A DNA stretch of 64,000 nucleotides from Syntrophus sp. (in: bacteria). GTDB lineage: Bacteria > Desulfobacterota > Syntrophia > Syntrophales > UBA8958. Position numbers and translations under genes: made by a program. Within the stretch, counting starts at the first letter, position 1. Each line of letters starts with the position of its first letter. Where the stretch lies: positions 2,680 through 66,679 of the forward strand of contig JANXZC010000079.1 of assembly GCA_025355725.1 (NCBI GenBank), given 5' to 3'. Below the pieces are notes generated by a model. It searched no databases and had not been told where the DNA came from. It saw only the letters and a program-made list of their open reading frames with translations. Of this stretch, positions 8,759-16,590 are shown in pieces.

Positions 8759-10103
8759 GGTCGGCGCTCCCGTTGGGGTATTTCCCGAAGATCACCGTGG
8801 TGTTGTTACCCCCGAAGGCGAAGGAGTTGGAGAGGACCGCCCTGAGTGCCGCCGGTCGCGCCCCTTCGGTGATGTAATCGAGGTCGCAGCGGGGATCAGG
8901 ATCGCGGTAATTAATGGTGGGCGGCATAAATCCGTGGGCCAGGGCCAAAAGGGAGACAATCCCTTCCAGGGCTCCGGAGGCGCCCAGGGTATGGGCCGTC
9001 ATCGACTTGGTCGAACTGACCGGAACGGCGTAGGCGCGCCTGCCGAAGACTTCCCTGATCGCCATGGATTCCATGGCATCGTTGACCGCTGTCGCCGTGC
9101 CGTGGGCATTGATGTAGTCGATATCCTCCGGTCCGAGACCGCTGTCTTTCAGGGCTGCCTCCATGGAGCGAATGGCGCCGGAGGCCTGTTCGTCGGGAGA
9201 GGTCATGTGATGGGCGTCGCAGGTGACGCCGTAACCCAGGATCTCCCCGTAAATCCTAGCGCCCCGTGCGAGAGCTCCATCCAGTGGTTCCAGGACCATG
9301 ACGGCTGCCGCCTCGCCCAGGGAAAGGCCGCCGCGGTGGCGGTCAAAAGGCCGGCAGACATCCGGATCGAGGGATTTCAGGGCATTGAAGGAGGAGTAGG
9401 TGATCCGGCACATGGGTTCCGTACCACCGGCGAGCATAATTGACGCCTGGCCGTTGCAGATGAGGTCACGGCCGTAGCCCAGGACGGTCGCCCCGGATGA
9501 ACAGGCGGTCATCAAGGTTATTTTGGGGCCGAGGAGGCCCAAAAAAGTGGCGATGCGATCGGTGGAAGAGGCGCAATAGACGGAGGAAAGGCGGGAAAAA
9601 TGTGCCTTGCCGTTTCCTTTTTGCAGCAGGTCGCTATAGAAGCTCTCCCCCTCCAGCAGCCCCCCCGAGCCGCCGCCGATGGCCACGCCCATGTCTTCTT
9701 TCATCGCTTCCGGGAGGGGGTAGAGACCGGCATCCCGGAGGGCCTCCAGGGTGGCGGCAAAGGCGAGGAGATCGGCCCGGGACATTCTTTTCAGCGGAAA
9801 TTCCTCGGGTATGAAGGAGCGGGGGAGAAAATTCCGGATCTGGCCGCCCTTTCGGCAGCGGTATCCCGTCGTATCGAAGAGGTCTATCTCCCCGATGCCG
9901 CAGCTCCCTTCCCCAAGGGCGCGGACGAATTCGGGAATATTATTTGCGATCGCGTTTATGGTGCCCATACCGGTGACGACAATACGTTTTTTCTTGTGCA
10001 CAGCCGACCATTCCTCTGAAGTCGCGAGATTTTTATGATCGAACTTAAATGGGGTCAGGCGAAAAGTCAAACGATTATCGTTTTTTGAAAAGCCATTGCC
10101 CAA
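8751..10103 (-). CDS. Beta-ketoacyl synthase (KAS II/FabF-like), catalytically intact
   Basis: Active-site Cys in TACSSGA and the two His in INAHGTAT and KSMTAHTLGASG. A more likely start is the GTG at 10001 (VHKKKRIVVTGMG), preceded by GAGGA. Confidence 0.85.
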   Translation of the reverse strand: MGNGFSKNDNRLTFRLTPFKFDHKNLATSEEWSAVHKKKRIVVTGMGTINAIANNIPEFVRALGEGSCGIGEIDLFDTTGYRCRKGGQIRNFLPRSFIPEEFPLKRMSRADLLAFAATLEALRDAGLYPLPEAMKEDMGVAIGGGSGGLLEGESFYSDLLQKGNGKAHFSRLSSVYCASSTDRIATFLGLLGPKITLMTACSSGATVLGYGRDLICNGQASIMLAGGTEPMCRITYSSFNALKSLDPDVCRPFDRHRGGLSLGEAAAVMVLEPLDGALARGARIYGEILGYGVTCDAHHMTSPDEQASGAIRSMEAALKDSGLGPEDIDYINAHGTATAVNDAMESMAIREVFGRRAYAVPVSSTKSMTAHTLGASGALEGIVSLLALAHGFMPPTINYRDPDPRCDLDYITEGARPAALRAVLSNSFAFGGNNTTVIFGKYPNGSADHG

Positions 10104-13100
10104 GGGACGATATTCGTGTAATGAAAAACGCGTGAAAATATTGTTCTATAAGCACAAATATTTCCTGAGACGATTCTTGGCGGCCCTGGTGATTCTCGCT
10201 GTGGCGGGGCTTTTTGCCGTCGGACTCCAGCGCCTGCAATTCGATTCCAATATCCTGGCGTCCCTTCCCCAGGACGACCCCGTTTTGGCCGACGCCCACT
10301 ACCTATTCACCCGCCATCCGATCTATGACCGGGTGGCGGTCGATGTAGCCGGCGGGGGAGGCAAAACGAATGTCCTGGAAGAAGGAGCCGACCTAGTGGA
10401 AACGAGGATGCGGGAAAGCGGTCTCTTCAAGGACGTGGGCTTTCGGCAGATCAGCCGGCTGGTCCCGGAACTGATGGGCCATGTCGTTGACCATCTCCCG
10501 ATCCTTTTTGGTGCGGGGGAGCTGGAGCGGGAGATCCTTCCCCGCCTTGCCCCCGCGAGCATTCATCGCACCCTGGACGAGCAGATCTCATCCCTTCAGG
10601 ACCTGGGAGGGATCGGCCAGACCGGTTTTCTCACCGTCGATCCCCTGGCTTTGCGCAACCTGGTCCTTGCCCGGCTGTCTTCCCTGGCGCCGGCCAAAAA
10701 CGCCCGCTTTCAGAACGGGAAGCTCCTGTCGGCAGATGGAAAACACATCCTGATCGTAGCGGAGCCCATAACCTCCGGCATGGATACGCGGCAGGCGGCC
10801 CGCATTGCGGCGCTCCTGGAAGGCATCTCCCGGGAGTTGGACGGTAAATACGGCGGGAAGGGAGGCTTTACCCTGACGCCTGTCGGCGCCTACCGGGCCG
10901 CCCTCGATAACGAGACGAGTGCCAAGGCCACGGTCAAGAAGGCGGTGCTGTTTTCGACGGTGGCCATTGCGCTGCTTCTTTTCGCCGGCTTTCCCCGGCC
11001 CCTGATCGGTCTCCTCTCCCTCCTTCCGGCTTTTGCCGGAACCATGATGGCGTATTTTGTCTACTCCCTTTTCCACGGGACCATCTCCTTTATGGCCGTA
11101 GGTTTCGGCAGTGCGATCATTTCCTTTACCGTCGATTACGGCATTACGTATCTTTTGTTTCTGGATCGGCCTTACGAAACGCGTGGCCTGGAGGCGACCA
11201 AAGAAGTCTGGTCCCTGGGGCTCCTCGCCATGCTGACTACGGCGGCGAGCTTCGCCTTTCTCTCCTTGAGCGGATTTCCCGTTCTGGCGGAGATCGGCCA
11301 GTTCACGGCCCTGGGAGTCGTCTTCACCTATATCTTCGTCCATCTCGTCTTCCCCCTGATCTTTCCCGTTCTGCCCCCGGCAAAGCGGCCACCCTATCTG
11401 CCGCTGATGCGTTTTGTCCAACGCATCTCCTCCGCCGACAGCATGGGGAAGACCTATGTTGTCCTGGTCTTCATGTTTATCATGCTGTTTTTTGCCAAAC
11501 CGGAGTTTAATGTCGATCTGAGTTCGATGAATGCCATGAGTCCCCAGACGCTCCGCGCCGATAAACTCGTCCGGGAGGTCTGGGGGGATGTGATGAGCAA
11601 GGTCCATCTGCTGGTGGAAGGACGGGATCGGCAGGACATGCAGCGCAAATGCGACCTCCTGACCGGCCTGTTGAACGAAGAAGCAGCCGCGGGCAGGGTT
11701 TCCGGGTTTTTCGTTTCATCCCTGATTTTTCCCGGCGAGGAAGAGGCGCGGAAAAATGGTGCGGCCTGGCAAAACTTCTGGAGTCCCGAACGGATTGCCG
11801 GACTCCGCCAAGTCATGGGAGACGCCTCGCGGCAGGTGGGGTTTGCCCCGGGGGCCTTTACCCCATTTTTTACCTTGCTTCAAGGCAGGGGAGATGATCG
11901 ACATCTTTTGACGGCCACGGATCTTCCGGAGCGCTACGCCCCCCTTTTGGGCATCAAGGCAGGGCAAAACGGCGGAACATGGACCCAGGTCGTCTCCGTG
12001 ACCCCCGGACCGTCCTATAATGGGGAGGATTTTTACCTGCGTCTGACCGCCACCGGCCTGGTGCGGGTATTCGATCCGGCCCTCTTTACGAAACATCTCG
12101 GGGCCCTCCTGATGTCCGCCTTCGTCAAGATGGTCGGGATTGTGGCCCTTGTCACCTTATTGACCGCCTTTTTCTACTTCCTGGACTGGCGGCTGACCCT
12201 TCTTGGCCTGGTGCCGACGCTGTTTGCCATGATCTGCACCCTCGGCACCCTGAATCTTTTGGGAGAACCCCTCGGCATCCCGACGCTCATAGTGTCCGTA
12301 GTGGTCATCGGCATGGGGACGGACTACGCCCTCTATCTTGTCCGTTCCTATCAGCGCTACCTCGATGACGACGACCCCTCCCTGGGGCTCGTCCGCCTGT
12401 CCGTTTTTCTCTCCTTTGCCACGACTTTTATGGGCTTCTGCATCCTGGCCATCTCGGATAACGCCATGCTGAAAAGCGTGGGCCTGAGTCTGGCCCTGGG
12501 CATCGGCTACTCTTTCCTGGGCGCCGTAACGATTGTCCCGCCCCTGTTGAAGAGGATTTTTGTTCCCGCCGCCCCGACGGAAGAGACCTTCTTGCCGGGA
12601 TCGAAGCGACATCTGGAGCGCGCCGTCGGACGGTATCGGCACCTGGAGTCCTATCCGCGCCTCTTCGCCCGTTTCAAGATCATTCTGGACCCAATGTTCC
12701 CGCGTCTGGCCGACTTTGTCAAAGATCCCGGGGTCATCATCGATATCGGGACCGGCTACGGCGTTCCCGCCGTCTGGCTTCTGGAACTTTACCCCCGGGC
12801 TCGGATCTATGGCCTCGAACCGGATCGCGAACGGGTGCGGTTTGCGTCTCGGGCCATCGGGACGCGGGGCGTCGTTACCGTCGGGGGCGCCCCCGATCTT
12901 CCCGATTTTCCCGTGAAGGCCGACACCGCCCTTATCCTAGATATGATTCACTTATTGACCGATGACGAACTCCGCCTGACCCTGGGGCGTCTTCACGAGC
13001 GGCTCCGTCCCGACGGCGTCTTGATCATCCGGGCGACGGTCCCTTCGACCGTGCCCTTTCCCTGGAAGCGCTGGATCGAGAGGCAGCGGATCAGGCTGCA

Positions 13101-13287
13101 CAAAGGTCGGATGTACTTTCGTACGGAAGCGAATTTACTTTCCATCCTCGGGGAAAGCGGTTTCCCCGTGATCCATACGGAGGCGGGCACACCGGGCCAG
13201 GAGGAGGAGTGGTTTATCGCCCGATTGGAAGAGGCTTCGGACGGGGAAGTGGTCCCACCGCTGCCGCCGGCAGGGGAGGGCGCATGA
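10096..13287 (+). CDS. MMPL/RND-superfamily exporter fused to a C-terminal class I SAM-dependent methyltransferase
   Basis: Topology is 1+5 TM, soluble loop, 1+5 TM, as in MMPL/HpnN-type exporters. A soluble C-terminal domain follows with motif I IIDIGTGYG (about nt 12745-12770) and LRPDGVLIIR. An alternative start is the GTG at 10132. Confidence 0.75.
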   Translation: MPKGRYSCNEKRVKILFYKHKYFLRRFLAALVILAVAGLFAVGLQRLQFDSNILASLPQDDPVLADAHYLFTRHPIYDRVAVDVAGGGGKTNVLEEGADLVETRMRESGLFKDVGFRQISRLVPELMGHVVDHLPILFGAGELEREILPRLAPASIHRTLDEQISSLQDLGGIGQTGFLTVDPLALRNLVLARLSSLAPAKNARFQNGKLLSADGKHILIVAEPITSGMDTRQAARIAALLEGISRELDGKYGGKGGFTLTPVGAYRAALDNETSAKATVKKAVLFSTVAIALLLFAGFPRPLIGLLSLLPAFAGTMMAYFVYSLFHGTISFMAVGFGSAIISFTVDYGITYLLFLDRPYETRGLEATKEVWSLGLLAMLTTAASFAFLSLSGFPVLAEIGQFTALGVVFTYIFVHLVFPLIFPVLPPAKRPPYLPLMRFVQRISSADSMGKTYVVLVFMFIMLFFAKPEFNVDLSSMNAMSPQTLRADKLVREVWGDVMSKVHLLVEGRDRQDMQRKCDLLTGLLNEEAAAGRVSGFFVSSLIFPGEEEARKNGAAWQNFWSPERIAGLRQVMGDASRQVGFAPGAFTPFFTLLQGRGDDRHLLTATDLPERYAPLLGIKAGQNGGTWTQVVSVTPGPSYNGEDFYLRLTATGLVRVFDPALFTKHLGALLMSAFVKMVGIVALVTLLTAFFYFLDWRLTLLGLVPTLFAMICTLGTLNLLGEPLGIPTLIVSVVVIGMGTDYALYLVRSYQRYLDDDDPSLGLVRLSVFLSFATTFMGFCILAISDNAMLKSVGLSLALGIGYSFLGAVTIVPPLLKRIFVPAAPTEETFLPGSKRHLERAVGRYRHLESYPRLFARFKIILDPMFPRLADFVKDPGVIIDIGTGYGVPAVWLLELYPRARIYGLEPDRERVRFASRAIGTRGVVTVGGAPDLPDFPVKADTALILDMIHLLTDDELRLTLGRLHERLRPDGVLIIRATVPSTVPFPWKRWIERQRIRLHKGRMYFRTEANLLSILGESGFPVIHTEAGTPGQEEEWFIARLEEASDGEVVPPLPPAGEGA

Positions 13288-14216
13288 AGGCAGCCTTCTA
13301 TCGTTTCCTTGTCGCTTTATCGCAACGAATCGGCCTCTGGGTCTTCCGGGTCGGGGCCTGGGGAATCGCCTCGGGCTATTTTCTCTTTTTTCCGGGCCGG
13401 GTGGCCGTGGGGGTCCGCTTTTATGGGGCCCTCTATCCCGAACGCGGGGGGCTGTATCGCCTTTGGTGCACCTGGAAACAGTTCCACAGCTTTACCCACG
13501 TCTTCCTTGACCGTTTCCTCCTCGCCGGCGGGCAGGGAATCACATATACCCATGAAGGATGGGAATACCTGGAAGAGGCAGTAGCCAGCGGGACCGGCGG
13601 CATCATTCTCATGTCGCACGTGGGTAACTGGGAGGTAGCCTCCCGCATCCTCCAGGAGCGGGAAAGGGAAAATCCCCGAATAAAACTGCTCCTGTATCTG
13701 GGGAAAAAACACAAGGAGCAGATTGAACGGACCCAGAAGGAGAGTCTTGTCCAGAGCGGCGTGCGGATCATCGCCGTAGATCAGGATGGGGGCTCTCCCA
13801 TGGACCTTGTCGAGGGAATAAACTTTCTGAAGGCGGGTGGACTGGCTTCCCTGACGGGCGATCGCCGGTGGCGCGATGATCAGCGGTCCGTGGCGGTGAG
13901 ATTTTTTGGGCATGAAGCCTTCCTCCCGGAGACGCCTTTCATCTTTGCCCTGTTGTCCGGTGTTCCCTTATTCATTTTCTTTGTCTGCCGGACGGGGAGC
14001 CATACCTACCATTTCCAGGTCCTGCCGCCGGTTGTGGTCCGGGCGAAAGACCGGCAGAGCCGTGGGGATGCTATCCGGAGAGCGGCGCAGTTCTACGCCG
14101 ATCGCCTGGAGGAAACCGTGCGGGTGCATCCCTTTGAATGGTTCCATTTTGAGCCGTTTATCGGGAGCGAAAGATACCAAAGCCAACACGCCGGAAATGA
14201 TCGCCCCGGATCATAA
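13284..14216 (+). CDS. Lysophospholipid/lipid A-type acyltransferase (LpxL/HtrB family)
   Basis: HX4E box MSHVGNWEVA, an N-terminal membrane anchor and a family-typical size. ATG at 13284 overlaps the exporter stop as ATGA; the track ORF begins at 13209. Confidence 0.8.
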   Translation: MKAAFYRFLVALSQRIGLWVFRVGAWGIASGYFLFFPGRVAVGVRFYGALYPERGGLYRLWCTWKQFHSFTHVFLDRFLLAGGQGITYTHEGWEYLEEAVASGTGGIILMSHVGNWEVASRILQERERENPRIKLLLYLGKKHKEQIERTQKESLVQSGVRIIAVDQDGGSPMDLVEGINFLKAGGLASLTGDRRWRDDQRSVAVRFFGHEAFLPETPFIFALLSGVPLFIFFVCRTGSHTYHFQVLPPVVVRAKDRQSRGDAIRRAAQFYADRLEETVRVHPFEWFHFEPFIGSERYQSQHAGNDRPGS

Positions 14217-14340
14217 GGAAGGGAATAATTCCTCAGGACGTGGGGCTCAATTCCCCAACTACGCGCTGATTAATTCTGGTCTCAAAGCAGCCTCATTTGT
14301 AAGCCATTGATTATTTAACTCTTTAGGGCAGCGAAGAGTT

Positions 14341-14356
14341 TGGCACGCCAAGTGCA
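14341..14356 (+). promoter_or_regulatory. Sigma-54 (-24/-12) promoter candidate
   Basis: TGGCACGccaaGTGCA against the consensus TGGCACG-N4-TTGCW, with one mismatch and correct GG/GC spacing. It lies 41 nt upstream of the ATG at 14397, with AAGGAG at 14381-14386. Confidence 0.5.
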
Positions 14357-14396
14357 TAGCTGAAAACAACCAAAATCTGAAAGGAGTAACAAAAAT

Positions 14397-14732
14397 ATGA
14401 AGAAGTTAATGTCCATTATCATTTCCATCCTTTTCGCGCTTTCCGTGTCCGGTTTGGCATTCGCCCAGGCTACGGCCCCGGCAGCAAAACCCGCTGTTGA
14501 CAAGAAGGATGCAGCAAAGCCCGCTGGTGACGTAAAAGCCGCCGATGCAAAGGCTGACAAGGCTGCTGACAAGAAGGCTGCTGCTGACAAGAAGGCCGCT
14601 GACAAGAAGGCCGCCGCTGACAAGAAGGCCGCTGACAAGAAGGCCAAAGCTGACAAGAAGGCTGCTGACAAGAAGGCCAAAGCTGACAAGAAGGCCGACG
14701 ACAAGAAGGCTGCTCCTGCTGACAAGAAGTAA
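14397..14732 (+). CDS. Secreted low-complexity Ala/Lys/Asp repeat protein (ADKK repeats)
   Basis: Sec signal peptide MKKLMSIIISILFALSVSGLAFA|Q. The mature part consists almost only of A, K and D in AADKK/AAADKK/AKADKK units. A strong RBS, an upstream promoter and a downstream terminator are present. Confidence 0.6.
   Translation: MKKLMSIIISILFALSVSGLAFAQATAPAAKPAVDKKDAAKPAGDVKAADAKADKAADKKAAADKKAADKKAAADKKAADKKAKADKKAADKKAKADKKADDKKAAPADKK
14553..14729 (+). repeat. Tandem 15/18-nt coding repeat (GCTGACAAGAAGGCY core)
   Basis: About 11 consecutive copies of gctgacaagaaggcc, with 0 or 3 extra nt between them. It encodes the ADKK repeat. Confidence 0.85.
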
Positions 14733-14756
14733 CCGTCTTCCCTCTACAGCTCTCAT

Positions 14757-14790
14757 AAAAAAGGCTCCTCACCGTGAGGGGCCTTTTTTA
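14757..14790 (+). terminator. Rho-independent terminator
   Basis: aaaaAGGCTCCTCACcgtGAGGGGCCTttttta: a GC-rich hairpin with an A tract before it and a T tract after it. Confidence 0.75.
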
Positions 14791-15061
14791 TTACCTTAAC
14801 TCCTCAGGCAGCAGCGGATGAAGGGTGTCGCGAATTCACTCGCCATGCATATCCTCACTCCGGTAGGAGATAAACAAACCAGCATCGGCCGTCCGCCTCA
14901 TCGACGGGGCGCCCCCCCCCTCCCGCCGGTGATTCTCCACGACCCCCTGTGAACGTGCCTCGCCGAAGGTTATAATTTTATCATTGACAAAATTACTGTT
15001 CTTACAATAAAAAGACCGATTACTTTATGGAAATTTTCCGATCAAGGAGTGTCGCCAGTTT

Positions 15062-16051
15062 ATGAGCCGCCTGTTTACACGCAAGCGAATCCTCGAAATA
15101 ATGGATCAATTTGCCCATGCCAAGGTCTTGGTCGTGGGGGATATCATGCTAGACCACTTCATCCGGGGGCGGGTTGCCAGGATTTCCCCGGAGGCCCCCG
15201 TTCCCGTTGTGGATGTTCATTCCGACCATATGTTATTGGGTGGTTCGGCGAATGTTATGAACAACATTCATGCTATGGAAGGCAAGGTCTATGGAGTGGG
15301 AGTGATCGGAAACGATGAAACTGGGGAGCGTTTACTTACGGAATTGCAGAAGAAGCAAATCGTGACGGCAGGCATTATTCGAGAAGATAATCGTCCCACG
15401 ACCCTGAAAACGCGTATCGTGGCTCATGGTCAGCAGGTCGTCCGTTTCGACCGGGAGAGCCGCTCGCCAATAAGTGACGAAACAATTGATAAAATGATAA
15501 GCTACATGGCGACCGTCCGTGATGAATTGGGAGCGGTGGTAATTTCCGATTACAGCAAAGGGGTGGTCATGGAACCCCTGCTGCAGGGAATCCGCCGGAT
15601 CTTCGCCGGATCGGGGGTCGTGGTTTGCGTTGATCCCAAGAAAACGGACTTTTCCAGTTACAAGGGCTTTGACATTGTTACACCCAACCACCATGAGGCC
15701 GGGAAAGCCGTGGGGTTCGATATTGTAGACAGGACCTCCCTTGTCAAGGCGGGGAGGGAGCTGATAAGAAATTTCGATTTCAAGGCCCTCCTCATTACTC
15801 GGGGTGAAGAGGGTATGAGCCTTTTCGAGCGGGATGGGTCAATCCGCCATACGGAATTTTCCTCAGAGGCGCGTGAGGTCTTTGACGTCACCGGCGCCGG
15901 CGATACCGCCATCGGTGTTTTCGCGCTGTCCATGGCCTCGGGAGCGACTTTCCGGGAGGCGGCGTTTATTGCCAACCGGGCTGCGGGCATCGCCGTCGGC
16001 AAGGTAGGCACGGCCACGGTGACACGGAAGGAACTGAAAAGGACCCTATGA
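15062..16051 (+). CDS. hldA: D-glycero-beta-D-manno-heptose-7-phosphate kinase (RfaE/HldE domain I only)
   Basis: VLVVGDIMLDHFIRGRVARISPEAPVPVV and DVTGAGDT (ribokinase/PfkB-family anion hole). At 329 aa it is the kinase domain without the adenylyltransferase domain. Confidence 0.85.
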   Translation: MSRLFTRKRILEIMDQFAHAKVLVVGDIMLDHFIRGRVARISPEAPVPVVDVHSDHMLLGGSANVMNNIHAMEGKVYGVGVIGNDETGERLLTELQKKQIVTAGIIREDNRPTTLKTRIVAHGQQVVRFDRESRSPISDETIDKMISYMATVRDELGAVVISDYSKGVVMEPLLQGIRRIFAGSGVVVCVDPKKTDFSSYKGFDIVTPNHHEAGKAVGFDIVDRTSLVKAGRELIRNFDFKALLITRGEEGMSLFERDGSIRHTEFSSEAREVFDVTGAGDTAIGVFALSMASGATFREAAFIANRAAGIAVGKVGTATVTRKELKRTL

Positions 16052-16590
16052 GCTGTCCCCAAACAGCGACGCCGGTAAATCTGGTCATGAGCCTTATCGC
16101 GACCGACCGGGAGAAGATCTGTCACGTTCTCGCAATCCTGAGGGAGCGCTTCGGGGAGACGGATTATCTGAGTCCCTATCTGCCTTTCGATTATACGAGT
16201 TATTATGAGAAGGAGATGGGCCAGGATCTGGTCCGCAGGTTTGTCTCCTTTGGCCGGCATGTGCCCCCGGAGACGCTGCCGGACGTCAAAAACTGGACCA
16301 ACGGCATAGAGAAACAATTTTCCGAGGGGGAGTTGCGGCAAGTCAATATTGATCCGGGCTACATTGCCCCGGCCCACCTGATCCTGGCGACAGGGAAAGG
16401 GTATACCCACCGGCCCTATCTTCGGGACGGGATTTATGCGGATTTAACGATGATTTACTGCGACGGGTCTTTTCAATCTCTTCCCTGGTCGTATCCCGAC
16501 TATGCTGCCGCTGGGGCCGTCGGTATGCTCAATACCATCAGGAAAAAATACCTCTGGCAACTGAAAAAAACCAGGAAGGAGGCACAATGA
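16048..16590 (+). CDS. DUF4416-family protein (uncharacterised)
   Basis: The pattern PFDYTSYYEKEMG...NIDPGY...LATGKGYTHRPYL..GIYA recalls DUF4416. ATGA overlaps occur at both ends, with hldA and with yicC. Confidence 0.55.
   Translation: MSCPQTATPVNLVMSLIATDREKICHVLAILRERFGETDYLSPYLPFDYTSYYEKEMGQDLVRRFVSFGRHVPPETLPDVKNWTNGIEKQFSEGELRQVNIDPGYIAPAHLILATGKGYTHRPYLRDGIYADLTMIYCDGSFQSLPWSYPDYAAAGAVGMLNTIRKKYLWQLKKTRKEAQ

Noticed and set aside
10002-10131. The divergent intergenic region between the KS operon and the exporter gene was searched for shared promoters or operators.
   Set aside because: Only weak matches were found (TTGAAA-N18-GATATT). Start-codon ambiguity on both sides makes any call unreliable.
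10588-11607. A 339-aa minus-strand ORF inside the exporter gene, plus similar long antisense ORFs at 8253-9443, 1006-1611, 1804-2451 and 13317-13913.
   Set aside because: They lie fully inside well-supported genes on the opposite strand. Their composition is Arg/Gly/Pro/His-rich and low-complexity, typical of shadow frames in GC-rich coding DNA. They show no recognisable motifs or RBS.
14553-14729. The tandem repeat was considered as a possible CRISPR array or minisatellite.
   Set aside because: The units are 15-18 nt, contiguous with no spacers, in frame and coding. No cas genes are nearby.
14315-14799. Several overlapping ORFs on both strands across the ADKK repeat, such as the 136-aa FLSAAFLSA... 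ORF and the LLTRRP... frames.
   Set aside because: They are alternative frames of the same 15/18-nt tandem repeat. Only the 14397-14732 frame has a signal peptide, RBS, promoter and terminator.
14912-14920. A C9 homopolymer upstream of hldA was considered as a slipped-strand phase-variation switch.
   Set aside because: It lies about 140 nt upstream of the start codon and upstream of any plausible promoter element. No supporting repeat context exists. It is too speculative.
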